NCBI GenBank assembly: GCA_017654855.1 | Contig: CM030332.1 | Span: 6,014,001-6,078,000, forward strand | Origin: Podospora anserina | Taxonomy: Eukaryota | Reading direction: 5' to 3' | DNA: 64,000 nucleotides | Shown here: in pieces, positions 59,103-64,000 of the stretch | Layout: each line of letters begins with the position of its first letter | How positions within the stretch are numbered: the stretch's first letter is position 1 | Translations under genes and position numbers: made by a program | Notes under the pieces: model-generated | What the model was told of the DNA's origin: nothing | What the model saw: the letters and a program-made list of their open reading frames with translations, nothing else | The model's database searches: none

Positions 59103-60089
59103 TTAGACAAGCAAAACAGCGTTCAGGCAGCCGTCGTTCTCGGGGTTGTTGGTAATCTGGGCGTAACGACCCCAGGCAATCTTTCCGGAAGCTGTGACCA
59201 TACCAAGATCGGAGACGTTGACCTCGATAATGGTACCCTTGGACAGAACACCGAGCTGGGTGTACAGGGGGTTGCTGGGGTTCTTCTTGACGCCCAAGAT
59301 CGGGAGCTGTACCGTGACATTGAGAGTTGGGTGTGTGACATTGGCCTTCTTGTACCGGAGACCCATGGGGCGAATGAAACCTATTCCCAACATTAGTTCC
59401 CCTTTCCAAGCTCCTGAACAAGCCGAACCACTCACGTTCGTATTTGACCGGCCGTCTGGTGAAATCAGGCCCAACAAAAGTAGGCTTCGTAACCACACGC
59501 TTCCACCCCTTCTTGTGCACCTTCTTGCCCGTCTTGACAACCTTGAATAACTCCTCCTCACTGATACCCTTGACCTTGGGAATCGGCACCGAAAACCTCG
59601 CCGCCTTCTCGGCACGTTTGCTCTTGATCTGACTGGAGAGGGCCTTGGCGGATGTGGGATTGGCGCGGTCGAGAAGGTACGAGGGAATAGGGTTGGAGGG
59701 CTCGTTCTCGGCGGGGGCGCCCTTGACGTTGCGCTCTTCGTGCTGCTTGATCGTCTTGCGCATCTGGATCTTTTGCGAGTGACGCTGCTTAGCGTACAGC
59801 TTGGCCCTCAGGCCGCGGAGGTTCTGCGCATTCTCGCTCTGCTTATGGCCCTCACGAGCGGCCTTCTTGCGCGTGCGCTCCTCATGATCGAGACGCTTGC
59901 CGTGAAGCTTGCGGTGTCTTTCTGTTCGGGGATTCTAGTTAATATCTGCGCCAAATTTCGATGGTTTAGAGACGGGCGAGCAGGGGAAGGGCAGAGGCAT
60001 ACCGATATACTCGTTCTGGGGCTGCAGTTGTCGAAAGATGTGGTCAGCGTTTGTCAATCGACCTCTTCCTGTTCAACAGAACTTACCAT
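59103..60089 (-). CDS. NSA2: Ribosome biogenesis protein Nsa2, 3 introns
   Basis: Spliced [23 protein letters not shown].., [31 protein letters not shown] and [23 protein letters not shown]. Confidence 0.97.
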
Positions 60090-60790
60090 GATGAATTCTG
60101 TCACCCTGGCAAGGGTCTTGAGTTCTCAGTTGATGATGGTTTGAAGGAGAGCTCAAGATTCGGATTCGCAAGCTTGCTAGGGCGTAATGGCGATGCGATT
60201 GAATCCAGGCGTTGGCACTGGAGGTCGTCCTCTGATAAAAAAATCAAGAGCTTATCGCAGGCTTGGTGGCGGGTTGCAAGTGGGGCAGAGACTCTAGGCC
60301 CTGATTGGCCAGCCTCGCACATTCGCTTGTCCTCCAACACAAATGACAGCCGGATTTCAACTCAAGAAACATTAGCCGAATGCAAGTCTACAAATGATAT
60401 GTGATATTAATCAGCATAGTATTTACAAAGTCTATGTATGTACGTGAGGCTGAAGATACTAGGTGGGGTGGAGCACCAACATTCCACGACGACACAGCAA
60501 GCAGAGAACAATGAAGATACAGAAATAAAACATGATTTGTAATAACAACGCTCACATCGACTCTATTCCGAGTTCGAGCTTGCTACGATGCAAGTATGTT
60601 TGAGCAATACCTAGGACACAAAAACCCAACTCCAATGCTGATGCGGTATCTCGGTTGCTGCAACCACTGCGCCATGCTGAAACATCCCAGAAATCCAGTC
60701 TTCCGTTGTTCCCTTATGCACCGGCCCGCCCCTGAAGCCTCTATCCTGGGTCCCCAGACCGTAACTCCAAACATGAAAACAAAAGTATCA

Positions 60791-61990
60791 TCAACGCCGG
60801 CTGGCTCTCATGGCCTCTAGAGCCTTGCGTTTTCGCTCTTCCTTCTCGCGCTTCAGCCGCTTCTCGCGTTCCTCTTCCTGCTTGTCCTCTAGGCGAGCAC
60901 GACGTTCAGCCGCCGTCTCTTCCACTTCAATGTCGGAAAGACCAGCCTCCATGTCAGACTCATCCGACATGTCGTCATATCCACCGCGACGGCCATAGGC
61001 ATACGGGTCGTCTTCATCTTCATCATACTCAACAAAGTCGTCCAGGTCGTCGTCCTCTTCCTCGTATCTTGAGCGAGAGCCGCCATATCGGGGACGTTCG
61101 TGTACCTTGTCTCGCGGGTCACGATCAGGGCCGCTGCTGCTAGCCTTTGGTTTGGTGGTAGCACCTGGCCGGGGTCGTGCTGTGCCGGTATAACCAGTTG
61201 TCGCCAAGGCAGCCTTCTTGATCTTCTTGTTCTCCTCCTCGGCCGCTGCTTTCGCTTTGGCACTCGAGGCTCCAGGAGACACACGATTCCGCTCGACTCC
61301 ATTTTTTGGAGCTGTTCGAGATGATGCAGGGGGGGCTGCAGAGCCTTTCCTGCCGGCGACCTTGGCCTGCTTTGCCTGGTCCGCCTTCAGCTCTTTGCGC
61401 TCCTTCATGGTCAGGTTCCTCTCCACTGGCTTGTGACTGATCTTGCCAAGCGATTCCCGTGCCTCCTGGTTCTCACGTGCCCTCGCCATAATCTCTGCAA
61501 ATGACCGCTTCTTTGGGGGACCCGAGTCCGATGGTGATGGTCGGTTAGCGACAGGCCGCGATGGCAGAGGCTTGCTGCCATTGGAGGAGACACCTGGACG
61601 GGTGCCATTGGTCACAACTGTGCTTGGTCTGGTTGCTGACGCAGTCGTCGATTTGACTGGTGGTCGCGATGACCCAGAGTATGTGCTTCCGGAAGCGGTT
61701 GTGGGCTTATCTATCGGCCGGGAAGCTGGTTTTGGCGAGCTGATGTTGGGCCGCGATAGCCCATCTGCAGTGGTCTCAGTGCGCGGTGCCTTTGGGAGCG
61801 TGTTACGCAAATCATCCTCGGCCTTTCGTTTGGGTGCCGTCGTGCTATGTCGCGATGTGGGGTTTGAGGTCGGTGATGGGCTGGGTTTCTCGCCAGTGAT
61901 GGCCCCAAGAAGATCCGCAATCTAACCACAATCGATATCAGTATCAGGGGTGCGGAGACCGAGGAATCAGCACAAAATACGTACCCCCAT
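60791..61990 (-). CDS. SPT2: SPT2 chromatin protein, 1 intron near the start
   Basis: MG|IADLLGAITGE start, SFAEIMARA, and C-terminal DDLDDFVEYD..SDMEAGLSDIEVEE..ARLEDKQEE SPT2-like domain. Confidence 0.82.
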
Positions 61991-62803
61991 CGTCGCGCGA
62001 GTACAGCAGTATGGGCGGGATGCCGAACCCTAAATCTCGCAGTTGTCGTGATCCCTCCCCAACCTCATACGATTTGTTGGCGCGAAGTCATCGAGTGAAA
62101 ACGCCAAAACGGGCCTTGCCACTGAGCGTTTGCTGTGTCGCTGTGCCAAGCGCTCAGCTATGCGGGGAACGCCAGTGCTAGAGTGCTGTAAATCTGCTGA
62201 AAGCGGCTGAAATTGCGATTTTTAGGCTCCGCGATTGGGAGCGGAAACAGAAGCGGTGTGAGTCGTGGGAAAGAGAAAGGGAAGAAGTCTGCGCGGTCAA
62301 TGGGGACTTCAATGCTGGGAGCGCAGGCTGCTTTTAACTTGCGGGCAAACAGCCTGGCCTGGCTCGTCCTGGTACAGTTCCAAGCCAAGAATGACCAAGA
62401 GACCCACTGCAAAGTCGTAACACGAACCTGGGAGAAGCTCGGAGTCAGGTGTCACCGGTTCCGGAGGTCCTGCCAAGCCGTGTCCGACTCAATTCATTAC
62501 GTCAGCAGGAGCACGCACCTCCATGCCCTAGAGCAGCAAGCAGTCAGGTGATTAGTGGGGTGGGAATTTGCGGGCACAGGAACCAAAATTGTAAAATATT
62601 CCACCTTGGCTCGGGAGCTTTTATGACCGAACACAGCAACACCGCCCAGAACTAAGAAGAGTCTTTCTCCGCACAAGCCAGCGGTTAAAATTGATTGACA
62701 TCTCTTGTTCTTTACTTCTCCTAAAGAGTGAGTTTCCCTTTCAGACCCGACGCAGTTTCGAGACTCCGAGGACTAATCACCAAGTCGCTACAGAACAGCC
62801 AAA

Positions 62804-63256
62804 ATGAAGCACCTCGCCGCTTACCTCCTCCTCACCCTCGGTGGCAAGGCCACCCCCTCCGCTGCCGACGTCAAGGCCGTTCTCGAGTCTGTCGGTATCG
62901 AGGCTGACTCCGACCGCCTCGATAAGCTCATCTCTGAGCTCGAGGGCAAGGACGTCAACGAGGTACGACCGATCGCACAAAGTCGCAAGTGGCGGGAACA
63001 ATTTTGCTAACATTGCTCGACAGCTCATCGCTGAGGGTTCTTCCAAGCTCGCTTCCGTCCCATCTGGCGGTGCTGGTGGCGCTGCCGCCGCTGGTGGTGC
63101 CGCCGCTGCCGGTGGTGCCGCTGAGGCTGCCCCTGAGGAGGCCAAGGAGGAGGGTATGTACCGCGACAATATCTGCTGCAGGAAGGACAGTTCGCTAACA
63201 ATCTCGCAGAGAAGGAGGAGTCCGATGACGACATGGGCTTCGGTCTCTTCGACTAA
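62804..63256 (+). CDS. RPP2: 60S acidic ribosomal protein P2, 2 introns
   Basis: [52 protein letters not shown]. Confidence 0.97.
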
Positions 63257-64000
63257 GCGCGCCATATCGTCTTCGTTTCCGAACAAGAGCTGGGCAAATC
63301 CGAAGAACCTTAACGACTTATGCGGATGTTTACGGCGTTATCTACAGGCCATCGGCCTCGGCTGCGGACCAGGAGTTTTGGGATTTGCGCGGGCAGGTTT
63401 CTGACATCGTACAACGGCATATAGGCGGGGCAATCAAAAGCACCAAGGCTCTCTTCGGACAATGATGTTCTTTGCATTTTTGACTTGTGACATTGTTCTT
63501 TTACTTCGATTGACATGACTCTTCTGGTTGCGACTATGAAGCGCTGTGATGTTGATCGAAACACAATTGGGACTGTGGCATGCGCATGGTCGCAAGCTCT
63601 CAGCTCAACAGCAGCTCTCCCTGTTATCGATTAATCGCTTATCAGAAGCCATGGTGGGATGTGCAAGTGGGCCTGGGACGTTGAAATGAGTGGATAATTC
63701 TTGCCTGAGGCACCGGAGCAGGCGGATGATGAAGTGGCTGGGTAATTGCCTGCATATGGAAAACGGAGGGGACACGCTGAAAACGCCCTTGGCAATGCCC
63801 GGAACGCGCTAGCCTGCCCAGTTTTTTACGGTTGCTGGGTAACGGGCCCAGGAGATGGTGCGCTGTCATTGGCTGCTCCACTAGAGGCCAAAATATTCCC
63901 TCGAATTGGCAAAAGCCCAGCGTCACCCCATCTTTCCCTTGTCCACCTGCCAACTCTTGTCGCAAGTCCCATTCTCGGTAAAGATGCCATCGCGACAACG

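Noticed and set aside
1-64000. Spok meiotic-drive gene, DUF3435 captain or 5S rRNA
   Set aside because: No recognisable motifs seen by eye. Absence should be confirmed with HMM searches.

Overview
Filamentous ascomycete DNA. It is Sordariales-like and probably Podospora, inferred from spliceosomal introns, RIP-type CpA>TpA damage and crapaud-like LTRs. The left ~25 kb is an accessory, TE-rich island. It holds a 212-bp inverted repeat enclosing a RIP-killed HMT1-like ABC transporter, a Zn2Cys6 remnant and a hAT remnant. It also holds two RIP-interrupted orphan ORFs, an intact MFS gene divergent from a truncated CFEM/Pth11-like receptor, and a 5'-truncated but barely mutated chromovirus (Ty3/Gypsy) with several related LTRs. 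The 25-48 kb region mixes intact genes (WSC protein, DUF4419, FAD oxidoreductase) with pseudogenes, solo LTRs, a RIPed Tad1-like LINE and a duplicated block. The right end is core genome: HET-domain gene, two RING/IBR genes, PXMP4, NSA2, SPT2 and RPP2. The most striking observation is an antisense cassette in the retrotransposon between the pol 3' end and the PPT. It comprises a Zn2Cys6-like ORF followed by two tandem tRNA-cloverleaf units with compensatory stem changes. Each unit is followed by a hairpin (19 bp in one case) and a T5 Pol III-type terminator. This resembles a tRNA-miRNA (TMER-like) small-RNA system inside a fungal retrotransposon. All calls are by eye; no searches or folding programs were run.
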